NCBI RefSeq assembly: GCF_902150065.1
Contig: NC_043996.1
Coordinates: forward strand, 24,924,745 to 24,988,744
Source: Myripristis murdjan
Taxonomy: Eukaryota
Length of the DNA: 64,000 nucleotides
Reading direction: 5' to 3'
The position numbers and the translations under genes were made by a program. The notes under the pieces are model-generated. The model was not told where the DNA came from. It was given only the letters and a program-made list of their open reading frames with translations, and searched no databases. This document shows positions 47,831-60,737 of the stretch, in pieces (the stretch's first letter is position 1; each line of letters starts with the position of its first letter).

Positions 47831-48840
47831 ACCTCACAACTACAACCTACTGAGACTCATCATTTGTTAGCAAACTAGAACATCTGCATTTATTGACAAA
47901 GAGCCAGCACACTGTCCACTTTAAGTACGCCTCGTCCTAGATTTCCTTACTTGAATGTTGTCTAAACCAAAACCCGTGAAGTGTCGTCGTGATACTTTGT
48001 CAGATGTATTTTGTGGACAGAGCAGTTGCTTGGTAAAACGCTGACTAACCTGTTATCTGATGTGTGACTGTAAAGAATACTACAGTAAAAAAATAAAATA
48101 TCCTGTCCAGCCAATAAGCAAGTGCCACATTCTGCACTTCACCCACTTTTATTGTACACCACTTTCAATAAATCATATTCCATATCAAACATCCTGGACC
48201 ATTCTGTGAAGATAAATCTGACGTTTGAAAAGTCCTAAGATGGAAGTTAAGTCATTTCCTCACATTACTGCACTTCACATTAACATTTAAAGATCACGTC
48301 CCATTCATGAGCACCACCGATTGGTCTGATATTGGTCTGACTATCATTGCAACCTGCAACTGATACCAGCATCCCACTATGAGCCTTCACTGTGGTGCAT
48401 ATGCTGATCAATATTGCAGGAACCTTTTAAAAAATGTTCACCAACAGTTTGTTGCAGAAGTGTGTTGAAGGAACTGAGGGAAGCCATATCCAGACTGTCA
48501 CGGAGGGCCAGAGATGTCCCGTTGTGTTTGTTGAGGCTCTAATAGTGCAGATGATGTTATCTGCACCTTCCAGCACATCCCACCTACTGCAGTCAGCAGG
48601 AATAAACACTGGAGGAACAAACGAAGGCTAGAGCAGAAAACAGCTGAATCTACACTCCAACACTTAGTCCTGTGTCAGAAAATAAATCATTTTGAATTAT
48701 ATAGAAAATCCTTGCAAGCTGTCATCAGATTTGAAAACTATGAGATTTCTGCATGATCATGTTTTATGAGTTTACGTCGCTGTTTGGTTATGGTTAAGTT
48801 GTAATTATTACAGGATCCTCTCTATATCTCTCCTGATCCA

Positions 48841-49271
48841 TTAACTCCCAACAATCTCCCTCAGGGCTGAGGTCAAGTCCGGGTACTTGTACTGAAACCC
48901 GGACTCTAGAGTCCTCTTGGGTTTGACTTTCTGGCCCTGGGTCAGGACCACGGCCCTCTCGGAGCCCATCAGCGCGTTCATGACGAAGCCCGGCACAGGG
49001 AAGATGGTGGGCCGCCGCAGCACCCGGCCCAGTTCTTTAGTGAACTCGTAGTTGGTGTTGAGAGCAGGAGCGACTCCGTTGAAGACCTGGGGCACGGCGG
49101 GCGGTGATGTGTCGGTGGGGGGCTCCAGGGCGTGGGCGATGATTCCTGCCAGGTCCGCGACGTGGATCCAGGGGAACGGCTGTCTCCCGGACCCCAGGGT
49201 GCCGCCAAGGCCGAGCCAGAAGGGCAGCAGCATTTGCTTCATGGCACCACCATCACGACCCAGCACTGCCC
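48841..49271 (-). CDS. sdr39u1: sdr39u1 terminal exon with stop
   Basis: caccag|GG..; GAVLGRDGGAMKQMLLPFWLGLGGTLGSGRQPFPWIHVADLAGII...GQKVKPKRTLESGFQYKYPDLTSALREIVGS*. Confidence 0.85.
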
Positions 49272-49552
49272 CTGGTGGACAGAGGGAGAAAAATAGGAAC
49301 TGTCAGGTTGTACACAGAAACACAGCTCTCAGTATCACCATCAAAATACTGCAAGACCAACACAACTTATACTTAAAATGCACATAATTTGTGTGAAACT
49401 TAAGGCAAGATTATTTGGTAAAAATTAACCCCATTTTTTGCAGCAAAAATTGCAATATCTGACTGAATACCAAAATTCTGACATGCAAGTTTTCCCTGTG
49501 TAACCTGAGGTAAACAGTGTATTTAGACTTCATTAGCTCGTTTTGCACAAAC

Positions 49553-49705
49553 CGGGCCTGATGACGACTTGCTTGGTGGTCTTTGCTACACTCTCAGGAA
49601 GACACGCCGCTGCCTCCCACTCCTTCACAAGTCTTGACAGGAGATCAAATGGTGTCCATGAACTATCCTCTGTGTACTCAGCTTCAAGACTGGGCTTGTA
49701 GCATG
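49553..49705 (-). CDS. sdr39u1: sdr39u1 exon 5
   Basis: caacag|CA..CCCG|gtttgt; ACYKPSLEAEYTEDSSWTPFDLLSRLVKEWEAAACLPESVAKTTKQVVIRP. Confidence 0.8.
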
Positions 49706-49998
49706 CTGTTGGATCCAAAAGCAATGGTTTTGTCGCATGACGTAAGTACAGCACCGTAAAACTGAAACCAAACTTGTCTATAGAGAGCGTGCAGAGGATT
49801 TGCATTTAGCGAAAATATGGAGACGATGTTTCGTATGGCTACAAATACCGCCACAGTCTACACTTTCAGATATCAGCCCAAGTGAGCAGCTAATTATCAG
49901 AAACTCCATTCACACACTACACTGGCTCTAAGCTTTATCTTTATTTTATTTAGCAGCAATTTGGGATTGACAACCTGATCATTTTGACGGACACGTAC

Positions 49999-50120
49999 CT
50001 ACACCTGTCACCAACACCCAGGAGTGAGGGGGACTCGGGGAGGCAGCGATGGCTTGAGCAAGAGTCTTTGTGGTGTCGATGCGACTGGAAAACAAATCCT
50101 TCTTATAGCTCTCGTTCCAC
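49999..50120 (-). CDS. sdr39u1: sdr39u1 exon 4
   Basis: tttcag|G TGG..GTAG|gtacgt; WWNESYKKDLFSSRIDTTKTLAQAIAASPSPPHSWVLVTGV. Confidence 0.8.
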
Positions 50121-50422
50121 CTGAAACAAACAAGAAACAGACAGGTTTTAATTAAACATGGCTGAGAGGGAGGTCCAGGCAGCACACAAAGCCTGGCCCA
50201 ATACACAAAAAGCTCATTTATTCTGTACAGACACTGTAAACAGTTTATCCACCCTTTAGCCGGCATAATGTAAATTTTCACAGTTTATCCAAACAGCAGT
50301 CCAAATGCTAACCATTTGTGTGGGATGTATTGAGAAATTCTGAGCCATGACTGAGTGAGGAAAGTATTCAATGACTTGTGCAACCGTGTTTGGTTGTAAT
50401 GCGGGCTCTGTTTGTTGCTCAC

Positions 50423-50505
50423 CATCTCAACGGGTTCATGAGATTCTCTCCAGCCAAGTTGACAGCGCCTTCACATGGAGGAAGGCCTCTGGACTCCAAC
50501 TCACC
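50423..50505 (-). CDS. sdr39u1: sdr39u1 exon 3
   Basis: ttgcag|GGT..AGATG|gtgagc; GELESRGLPPCEGAVNLAGENLMNPLR. Confidence 0.8.
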
Positions 50506-51118
50506 CTGCAAGGCACAGAGGAGGAAATCCCGTAAATCAGTAATCAGCAATGTGAACACTGTAGGTGCCATTCACAATAACTATACAGGGGTTTGTACAT
50601 TGGTTTTGTATTTGAAGACATGATATAAAATTGGGCAAAATACTCAACGGGGTTAAAACCAGAAGACATACAACATAGGGGTGTAAAGGTTCAATAAACA
50701 GTTTGATTTTACACCCCTGATAAAAACAAAAAACAAAACAAAAACGAGATGGAACAAATAGACTTGCAGGGCCATGCAGACTAGCAATAATAAAATGGCA
50801 CTGGCAATGTGTCTCTCGACTATGGGCGACTATTTTTTCAGCCCCTCTTGCTGTTTAGAGCTCTCATGGACTTAGGAATAAATGACTTTGTATTGTTTCC
50901 ATGCAAACTCATTTATTCCCTCCCAGCTGTAAAAAACATACACACTGATCCATGTTACAAATCCACCAGCAGCTCACATACAGTACAAATACATTCACCT
51001 CAGTCTGTCACTGTGGTGTGGTGAGTGCCATCTCTTGCTCTGGTGAATAAGAATTACCAGGATGACAGCATGCATGATTGCTGATTCTGTATTTTAAATC
51101 AATCTGTGACCACCTTAC

Positions 51119-51225
51119 CCATGTTATCTTCCCTGGACCAGGCTGCCGGGATATTACTGTGACTTCATGGCCTCTGTCCCGGAGCAGGCGAGTCAGCTCA
51201 CGACCAACAAACCCAGATCCACCTC
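51119..51225 (-). CDS. sdr39u1: sdr39u1 exon 2 (NAD-binding GxGxxG)
   Basis: ttgaag|GA..TGG|gtaagg; GGGSGFVGRELTRLLRDRGHEVTVISRQPGPGKITW. Confidence 0.8.
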
Positions 51226-51759
51226 CTTCAAGGAACAAATAAAGAGGAAATACACAGAGAAATTGAAGGGGAAAACTTAAGAAAAGAAACATTGATGCAT
51301 ACAGTTACCAGGTTAGCTACTGTTGACTAACATGAGAAAAAAAGCTGCTTATGTGTATGAACTCTGACATCACTTATATGAAATGCTGATAATAAAAAAA
51401 AAAATACATGTAAACAAAACAATCAGAAGGCAGGACTTACTACACTGCTGACAGCCCAACGCGCATGCGTACAAGACATGCTTACAAAACTGCACTTTTA
51501 CCACTTTGGCATCATTTTCGTCAACATGACATTTGAATAAGAATGAAACGGTGCGAAAGTCATGGACCAACACGCACCACGCTAGTGTCCCGCTGTGTTT
51601 TCCAGAAAAACAAACTAATAACGCGGATAAAAACACTTGCGGCGCTGCGAAGCTAACACTAGCTAACGTTAGCTGGTCGCATTATGTCACATTGACCTTT
51701 TCTGTTTAATGTAGACGCTGAAATTCTTCTTAAAAACAAATAAATAAATAAAGTCACGT

Positions 51760-51775
51760 ACCTATTAAGACTCTC
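51760..51775 (-). CDS. sdr39u1: SDR39U1-like epimerase-family protein, exon 1 (ATG AGA GTC TTA ATA G = MRVLIG...)
   Basis: ATG at 51773-51775 (minus), donor ATAG|gtacgt; continues into the GGGSGFVG Rossmann motif. Confidence 0.6.
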
Positions 51776-52744
51776 ATGGCTACCAAATGACCGTCCGCTG
51801 GTGAATGATGCTGTCGTCTGTCGCTGCACTTCACAGCCTTTATCGATATGAACTATCAATACTCACTGCTGCATTCAGTGAGGGGAGTTTCGCCTTTTCG
51901 GACCAGTAGAGCTTCCGTACCCTCGACTGTGTGTGTATTTAAGTTTAAATAGTTTTGGTTGTGTGAGATAACATCCGCTGCCCCAACCAGGTGCAAATCA
52001 CTGCTCTTGCCACACACAGCACACTGCCGTCCAGGTATTCCCCATTACTTGTCCTTTTACAGAATAGTTTTCTTTACAATCTGTATTTCAAGGCATGAAC
52101 AAAAATAGATCACAACATGGCTCACAACAATAGGACGCATTAAGACAATAAAACACAAAGTAGTGCAAAAAAGGGGATAATACAGCAAAAACGGATTAAA
52201 TCTAACCAACATTATAAATAATAACAAATAAATAAAAAATAAATAAAAAAAAAAAACGCAAGTGTATGGCAACAAGCTTTAATAAACTAAATTTGATTTG
52301 ATTGTCTTTTTTTTTCCAGGAAGAAATGGTTGACATGCATTGTTCCAATTCCTTCATGAATACAAAGAATTGAGGGATTTAAAAAAAAAAAAAATTGTGA
52401 ACTTCAGCAGGAGTTCAAATTAAAACGAATAAGAAAAAATGTGTATGAACATAGCAATCAAATATAATGTCTCCGTAGGGAAAGAGTAAGAAAGAGCTAA
52501 TGTCACAGAGACCTTTCTGTGGGTGGATGAGCTGAAACATTTGATCATTTGCTGAAGGAAGGTTACAAGGGATCAAAAGTGTAATGCCTTATTTATACAC
52601 AGCTTATTAATAAATTGCTCTTCCTGCAGTTTCTTCCATTGCTCTATAGGTCTGCATGGAAAAATCGCATCATGCCATCATTATCATCATACCATAAATT
52701 TGATTGTAGTGTCTAGTATTTTTTTTTTTTTTTTTTTTGATGCC

Positions 52745-52747
<3 letters not shown>

Positions 52748-52782
<35 letters not shown>
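52748..52782. repeat. poly(T) + (TG)n compound microsatellite upstream of sdr39u1
   Basis: ttttttttttttttttt...gtgtgtgtgt. Confidence 0.9.
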
Positions 52783-52783
<1 letters not shown>

Positions 52784-55639
52784 CAGAGACGACAGAGCAC
52801 CGGAAGTTCAGTCACGGGACGACAACAAACACGTGGTTGTGATGAGCAGATAAATTGGGCCGCAGTCTCATTAGCGGTCTTTTCCTCCTGTTGCAGCCGT
52901 GAAGAAGGCTCTTTCTGCCGGGCTGCACAGTGACGACCACCGGCGTGTCTTGTTGACCCTCCTGCCTGGTATGTCTGCTGTGGTTTATCATCTGATTTTG
53001 TAATTTGGCCATTAATATCTGTTTATCTATATACGTGCGTGTTTGCGGCGTCTTCCTCTGATGTAGCTCCCGTGTAGCAGCGACCGACCTCATGTTTGAC
53101 GCTAATTAGCGGCTAAAACCAGTGCTGTCTCACAAATACCAGCCACATTTTAAACTATACCTCTTTGTTAGTAGTCTAAATGGAGGAAATGATGCAGTAG
53201 TTATTTGTAAAAGTCGACCTGGCTCCAGTTTGCTCAAGTGGGCCTGAGCGACAAGGAAGAGCAGCCGTAACGTGACTTTGGACGGATGTTGAACGCACCA
53301 CGCCGCAGAAAAAAAAACTTGCACTCAAACGCAGCGCATCTTTGCGGGATAATATTTCATCTTCGGCCGGCAGCAGGTGCACTGAGCTGCTGCTGCTGCT
53401 GAAGAGGGAAAATTATTTCCAGATGCCGCCGCAGCCAGTCTTTTTTTAGACCAGCTCTGCTTCCGAGTCAAACCCTGTAATGATGATGATTTGCAGTCCG
53501 TGTTTCACCTGAAGCTCATGATTACACTCTTACTGCACTGATGGGTTTGACCACGCTGAAAATTTGAAGTTATGTCATTTGTGTTACTAGTAAAACTAAA
53601 AGTCTTTCTCTTTTCAGCTTGGAGCAGCCTGAGCTGGATTTCTTCAAAATGAGGTAAAACTACAATCTTTCATGCCACAAATATTCTCTTCCGGTTTGAG
53701 TTGAATGCATGTGCTTGATGTGTCAACAAAAAATGTCTTATGTGTATTGCATGTACTTACAGCATTTAAAAGCACAGTACAGCAGTTTATTGACGCCCTT
53801 TGTATTTGTTTGCCTGCAGGTTTTGGACACTGAAGGGAATCCACCTTTGGGTCAATCTCAGTCTGGTATTAAGTTTCTCAGTTAAAAGTCAAGATAAAAA
53901 AGCTGAAGTGCTGTGTGCAAGCATTGACTAGTTAACTATATTTCTGTAAAGGCATAATTCTGTTGTAGTTTTTAAAAATTATCCTGTTTGACTTGTGAGA
54001 GGAACCAGTTGCATTGTTTTGTCTCTGTAAAACGTTTTTGGTCAATAAAACACGACTAAACAAGCCTGTATGAGTCTTCATCTGTTTTGGATACAAGTAT
54101 GTGAATGCTGTAAAACTTGCAGTGGCATATTTGAAATGGATTGGATGGCGCCCGATGGGAAAGTGGAAGCTCTTGGGCCACAGTTTGGAAAAGGAAGTTA
54201 TTACTCAGTGTGAATGTGCCTGAAGTGGTTACCCTCCCCTGGAAAACATTTGGATGAGCAAATGCCAATGGCATTGCCACCAGGGAGTTTGTTAGTTCTG
54301 TTGTGGGTTTTCATCTACAACACACCAAGCTGGCTTATTTTAGTACAACTTCAATTTGTGTTTCATAATAAATACCTTATATAATTCTAATGGGACTCTA
54401 GAATGACAAACAGCTGCTGGAACATGTGAATTTGAGGTCAAAAGCTTGCATATGACAGGACTCTTGTCATGAGTTGTTTTTTTCTTAGTACATCTTATTT
54501 TACAATGTGCACAAATTGCAAAACCCTGGCCTTGAGAATGATGTGAAACTTTTAAGACTTGTCAAGTTCCCCTAAAGTGCTGTGGCCCTGATTGTGGGAG
54601 GCAGCAGTACATTGTTTTAATAACAGGTTTTCTTTTAAAACAGAGCAGATGATGTGCCGCTTAAAACAGTGATAATGATCTTAGGTGCCACATAGAAATT
54701 ATGAACCTGAAAATATGGAAATCCCCAAATGTGACTTGCCTGGAAATGTTGGCATGTGGTAACACTGCATGCCCTAAAATGTAATATGTAATGTCAAATG
54801 AATAATTAATTGATTTGCTCATACACTACTGAATGTAAGACAATGACATAAGACAATATTGTACAACTAAACATAGAATACACCAGAGTTTACCTTCTCT
54901 ATTAACTAGACCAAACTGGCTCAGCGACAAGCATTTCAGACTCATGTTTTTTTTACACACATGGAATGCATGATATATTTATAGTTGACATTAGTATTCA
55001 GTTCCAGAGTTTAAAACAACAAAACACAATAAATAAAACGCCTTTCGATAAGTGTAGACAAATTGTTATATTGCTTTTGATTCCCCCATGAATAGTAAAA
55101 AAAAATTACATAGGAATGCAAGGTAATCAACAGTAATCTGTGTCAGTTTAACGTGCGAGATTGTGGCCCGGGTGTAATTTGCTCAGTGTACTTAGGACAC
55201 CTTGTAATGCCTGTATTTTTCATACATTCAGTGTTGATAACGAATAAAAGGAAAAAGACTTAGGAGCTGTGTCTTTGGCCTGAAAGTGACAGCAAACTGC
55301 ACGGTACAATTTGCACATCAGGGCAAAATAAAATGTACCTTTCCAGAATTCCATGGGGCCTAAGGCTGAAGTGATTTTTTTCTTTTGTCCATGTAGACTC
55401 TTAGTTAATTTTTTTTTTTTATTTACAGGTCATATATATACAAGTCCTGTACAAGCAGTGCACTTCCCTCTGTCTGCGTGCTTGACATACAGTAGAACAG
55501 TACCTTCACAACAGGTACATTTCACAATACACTATTTACAACACAAACTACATTTACTGTAGAATTGCTGCACTTTGTGTCTATATATTATGTCTATGCT
55601 CTACACATTGTTTAATTTCTTTTTTGTCTGCATTACTGC

Positions 55640-55800
55640 TCTTTTTGATAGTGACAGTAGAGCGAGACAGGAAAGGTAGGTGAGAGGAAGAAGGGAGGAC
55701 ATGGAGCAAAGGGTCCAATCCGGATTTGAACACAGGCCGCTGCGGTAAGGACTCAGCCTTGATTCGTGGTACACGCTCTACCACGTGAGCCGCCGCACCA
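55640..55800 (-). mobile_element. tRNA-derived SINE (teleost-type), about 50 bp downstream of the ltb4r stop codon, same orientation
   Basis: Minus strand reads GGCTCACGTGGTAGAGCGTGTACCACGAATCAAGGCTGAGTCCTTACCGCAGCGGCCTGTGTTCAAATCCGGATTGGACCC (A/B-box and GTTCRAATCC T-loop-like) followed by a CT-rich body ..CTTCTTCCTCTCACCTACCTTTCCTGTCTCGCTCTACTGTCACTATC. Confidence 0.6.
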
Positions 55801-55849
55801 CCACTCCACATCTTATTTCTCCCATCTTCAGTCTGAACTGCTCATAGAA

Positions 55850-56123
55850 AGCTCATTGTCCATCGTGTATAACGGTCTTTCCAGTGCTAGCCGTGGACTC
55901 CATGTCTCTGAGTCCCACTTGAGTGTCCGAGGCCAGTGACCGGCCCTTTCTGGTCCCAGTTTGGTCCAATGATGTGCCCTCAAAGAGCCGCGCCATGAAG
56001 GCAAAGCCGTTCTGCTTGATGTAGGATTTCCCGGCGAAGGTGTAAAGGACGGGATTGGCACAGCTGCTGATGAAGGCCAGAGCTGAGGTCACTGCACGAC
56101 TGGACTTCCAGATGTGATCCAAT
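55850..56123 (-). CDS. ltb4r: ltb4r-like GPCR terminal coding exon (TM7 NPVLY + C-tail)
   Basis: ctctgcag|A TTG..; LDHIWKSSRAVTSALAFISSCANPVLYTFAGKSYIKQNGFAFMARLFEGTSLDQTGTRKGRSL...DGQ*. Confidence 0.8.
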
Positions 56124-57237
56124 CTGCAGAGAGACAAAAAAGGGTGAAGAGGACATCTCGGTCAACAGCAGACACACCGAATGACTGGAGTTTTGTACTA
56201 ATTCATGAAACACAAAGTCTGAGTCCAGTGACATCCCTGAGGGCTTAACTGAAAGGTTTTGCTCTGAAGGTACAGGAAATAAAACTGTTGTCTTCTGAAT
56301 TTACATCTTTCAGAATATCAGCATGGGAGATGCTCCAGAACAACCAGGGGAGATACATGGATTTCCATAAAAATTTATTTTCCAAAGACAAAATACACTT
56401 CCCATGCAACAGGCAATATTATATCAGTCATCTGGGAAAAATAACTCCCTATCATGGAGTGCTGGAAACTATTAAGTGGAAGTTTACACTTCTAATGTAA
56501 GTGTTTTACATTTACCCCACAAGTGTTTTGATAGATTTTAAGGTCATGCATCGAGAATTGTGAATTAAACATGTTAAATAAACGTTGTGGAGGGCCTATG
56601 ATCTTCTTGGAAACCCAAAATGTTTCACTTGATACTCCAACACATTTCCTCCGAGCTGTCCAAACTTATCAACAACAGTCTATTTATTATGACCGAATAG
56701 GCTTCCACTGCTTTTGATCTTGTCCCTGATATTCAAAGTTTTACTTTTCACTGTTACTGTTGAGACTTTTTAATGCTGTTATTGTATATCTGTGGAAGTC
56801 TTAAATTTCCCGTTGAAGACCTTTGGACGAAAAAAAAAAAAACTAATCCGTGAGAAGGGGTTGGAAAATGACGCCATTGCATTTGGGGGAAGGAAGACAG
56901 AATTTTTGGCTTTTGGATATTTCTTAAACACAAAACCTGCCTTTTAATGCTTCTACTGGCTTGTACTGTAGCGTTATTGCTTGTTTTGTATATGCCAACA
57001 GTATTCTCAGTGATAATGCCAAAATATTATGAAAGAGTGAAAAGCTACAAGACCTAAAAAGACAAAGCTGGACTGTCAGTAGTTAAAGTTGCAACTTACT
57101 TGTCCCTCATTACTGATTCCTCTGAGAACCACTCAGCCGCCACCTGGAAGGACCAACATATTCTCAGCATTCAATCAAACGACTGGATCATTCATTGACG
57201 TTACATGATAAATGAGACGGCAAATATGCAATCACAC

Positions 57238-57440
57238 ACCTGTACCATGTTGATGACATGGTAGGGCAGCCAGAACACGCCAAAGGTCACCACAATAGCC
57301 AGGATGAGTTTCTCACTGCGGACCTTGCGTTTGAACTTGGTCTGCCTCAAGCGTCTCAGAATGAGGACGTAGCTGGTCACGATCACGGCGTAGGGGAGTA
57401 TGAATCCAGCCACGGTCTCAAGGGAGTACTGGAACCTCAC
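57238..57440 (-). CDS. ltb4r: ltb4r-like GPCR coding exon 2 (TM5-TM6)
   Basis: tgtgcag|GTG..CAGGT|gtgtga; VRFQYSLETVAGFILPYAVIVTSYVLILRRLRQTKFKRKVRSEKLILAIVVTFGVFWLPYHVINMVQ. Confidence 0.75.
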
Positions 57441-58015
57441 CTGCACAAAGGAAGTGGGATGACAGACAGACAACAGTGATGATTACATAATGAGTAATGT
57501 GGCCTCTACGGGCAGGAATGGATCTGTCGAGGCAACACAGAGCGGAGGCAGATGACGTCAGGAAAACGTTCATATCTTAGTCACGGACTCTTCATTAAGT
57601 GGACATATTTTTTTGCCATTTGCTGTGGCTGCTCTCCTCCACTCCACTTTTATTATTACTTTTGATTGATGATTATCAGTCAAATGAATGGAAATGGTTA
57701 TTGTAATTGTTGCCACTGAAAATATTTAGGTCATTTTTGAGAGCGCTTTATCTTAGGACTACTTGGGACATAGGACATTCTGCATTGTCTTTTTATTTTG
57801 TTTTCTTTTTGTGTGTGTAGCTGGAGGGATTTCACTGAACATTATAAAACATAAGAAATCTAAAAGACAGGAAACAGGCTTTGATGATTAGTTAGGTGTG
57901 ACTTATTTTAACAATCTATTTAACTGCTAAAAAACTACATTCAGACAGAAAAATTATCTTCTTTAGCTGAGAAAGACTTGAAATTAAGCAGTGGTTGTGC
58001 TTGATTTTACAAAAC

Positions 58016-58064
58016 AGAAGAAGAAGAAGAAGAAGAAGAAGAAGAAGAAGAAGAAGAAGAAGAA
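58016..58064. repeat. (GAA)n trinucleotide microsatellite in the ltb4r intron
   Basis: gaagaagaag x16. Confidence 0.95.
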
Positions 58065-59635
58065 AGCAAAGATACAATGACAGTTTTTTGGGTGAAATGA
58101 AAAGTATATTTTCACACAGTTCTGACGCTACAGCTATGCTGCAGTGGAGTTTTGCCCACTTGTTGTGATGTTAATATTTTGAACAAATCTAGACATGTCC
58201 TCTCTCATCCTGTTCGGGCTTCTGAGTGTGTGTCTAAATTCAAAAACATCCAGATGTACTTAGACAGGAACTACACTTCATTTGCAGTGTTGGTTTTTAA
58301 TATTTTATGAGGTGAGGCCATGAAATTTTTTTTGTAAGGGCACATCTCTTACGTGGATTACACTCCTATAATTAGTACAATTATGGACTAAATGAGAGTG
58401 ATTAGTGTCTAGATATAGGGAAATAAACCCAGCACTCTTTCCTGTCCCTCTAACATCCCAAATCATCATTCACACTCAAATTCAAGCCACAGTTACACCT
58501 GATCTCCCTGCGTCTGGTAAGATATTTGAAACGTCACCTGATCAGATCACTGTGCAGCACGCAGCATGATCGAAAATTTTAAGGAAGTTCCTTTAAAGTA
58601 ATTTCCTACAGGGCTGGGCAACCAGAGAAACCTGACTCAAGTGTAGATCAACGAGTTTGACAAGCAAAAAAAAAAAAAAAAAAACTTTCCCGCACACTGT
58701 GGCTTTATTTCAGGAACAATAGCTTAATCCGACACGTGTAAAACAGAAGATAAATCAAAGCTTCAAAATTCCCCAGGTCTCTACTTTTTTTTAAATCTGA
58801 AAAACTACAAGGATAAAGAAACTGCTTGTTAGGGTAAACAGAAATCTCTGCTAGGTTGGTATTTTTCTACCTAAGCTGTATTAAAATGTTGATTCCCATT
58901 ATTTATAATAACATATCCATAGTCTAACTTCGTTGCTCGCTTTAGAGATGAGAAATGTGCTACTGCTGAATCATTCTGGTCACTTTCAACACACTCCAAC
59001 ATAGCAAACGTCTTCAACCTCTCACAAACTAAATGTCCTTTTTTTTTTCTTTTCTTTTTTTTTTTTTTTTTTTTTTTGAAAATGCTCCGCTATGTTTGGA
59101 ACTATTTTTTAACGATGACCTCAGCACATCCCAAACATGTGTATACTTCCACAGAGCATCACTAAGAGCAATTTGGAAAGTTGTAGATAACATTAACAGA
59201 ACATAGCAGAATATACAAGCTAAAACAATACTAAAACCTACTGGGAAGCCACCATTCTGCAACCACTTATTTTCAGTGGACAATGTCAAGATGTATTTGA
59301 CTGTGCTGTTAGTTTCATTTTCAAATATATAATTGACAATGTTTTTTTGAGAGGCCGAAAACGATTGCGCTGTGTTGAGACAAGCACAAAGCTGCAACAG
59401 AAAGGTAGGTTTTTCGTCACTAAAGCTATGTATGTGTTCTGCTATAAATGACAGGAGTCAACAGTTTAAAGCAGAAATTTGTATATAAATGTATAAATAG
59501 TGCATGTGCGTTTACGTTCCCTAGGTGGTTATCACTCTGACAGACATGAGACATTCCACCAACTCCACCGTGAAGCAACGGCGTGTGGAAAGTTACAAAT
59601 TTCAGCTTTAATTTGTCTACCCGTTAATGTTGCCC

Positions 59636-59760
59636 AGTCAACACTGGGCTTAGTTAAAGCATTAAAGCAGCGGTTCTCAACCTGGAGTCCAGGGACCCCC
59701 AGGGGGCCATGAGGGGGTTCCTGGGGAGCCCCACAGAAAAACAGGGAATATTTTAATTTC
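59636..59760. mobile_element. partial/degenerate copy of a related TIR element (AAAGCAGCGGTTCTCAACCTGG..)
   Basis: The AAGCAGCGGTTCTCAACC terminus resembles the TIR at 36762; only one terminus is recognisable. Confidence 0.35.
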
Positions 59761-60158
59761 ACTTTTATGTCACTGACTTGAAGTTAGCCCAGTGAGAGAA
59801 TGTATCAGAACGACCATTCTTTTCATAAGTGTCATTCTTTTTACTGTTTATCTGACATCTACAGTATAGACAGTCATGGAATAACTATTTCTTGCCAGAT
59901 GGGAATCCGTGAGGCTACACCTTATCAAACACAGATCCATAGCCTGAAGCTTGGGGTCCTTTAAAGCGATGTAACACAGCTTACTAAAGCAGTAAAGAGA
60001 GCACAGGTGTTTCCAGTGACATTAATTAAGGTTTAGTTCCATTTAGGACCCTGGTGTTGTGCATGCCGGCCTGCCATGAAGGCTCTGGTGCACTCAAAAC
60101 GGCTGCTGTTGAAAAAGGTCTATTGGAGCACTGCTATGAACAAATGGATCACACTTAC

Positions 60159-60737
60159 CTGTCGCGCGTAATCGTGTTCGGGGGCACACACCACTCTTGT
60201 CTTATTTCTTTCATCTTTGTCCTCTCTCTCTTTTCGAAACAGCAGTGAGGGAATGGCGACGATCATCACCAGCACCCACAGGCCCAGGATCACCCTCGTC
60301 ACGATCTTCTTGGTGGCCAGAAACCTCAGTTTCCTCGGCCACACCACGGCCACCAGTCTGTGCACGCTCATCAGTGTGATCAGAAAGATGGAGGCATACA
60401 TGTTGGTGTTGCACAGGTAGAACAAGACTTTACACATGACGTTGCCAAAGACCCACGTCTGCTTGGCCAGGTAGACCACGAAGAAGAGGGTGAGTGCCAT
60501 GATGAAGCTGTCGGCGCACGCCAAGTTGAGAATGAGGATGGTGGTAACGGAGCGCCGCCGGGCACGCGCCAGGATGCTCCAGATGATGAAGAGGTTGCCG
60601 GGGACGCCCAGAAGGAAGACCAAGGTGAGGATGAGAGCTCCCAAAGCCGTCGAGAAGTCATTGCTCACGAGGCTTTCATCCTCAATGTTTGTGATGTTGC
60701 TGGTGGGAACCGGTGCGGGATAGGTTGGGCTGTTCAT
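60159..60737 (-). CDS. ltb4r: leukotriene B4 receptor-like class A GPCR, coding exon 1 (N-terminus, TM1-TM4)
   Basis: ATG (MNSPTYPAP..) at 60735-60737 immediately after a ctctctccag acceptor; ..GVPGNLFIIWSIL...NLACADSF...NMYASIFLITLMSVHRLVAV..; donor CAG|gtaagt. Confidence 0.8.

Noticed and set aside
48978-49387. ORFs 48978-49208 (minus) and 49052-49387 (plus) overlapping the sdr39u1 last exon
   Set aside because: These are alternative-frame or antisense ORFs inside a GC-rich real exon. The sdr39u1 frame (GAVLGRDGGAM...REIVGS*) is the one with homology.
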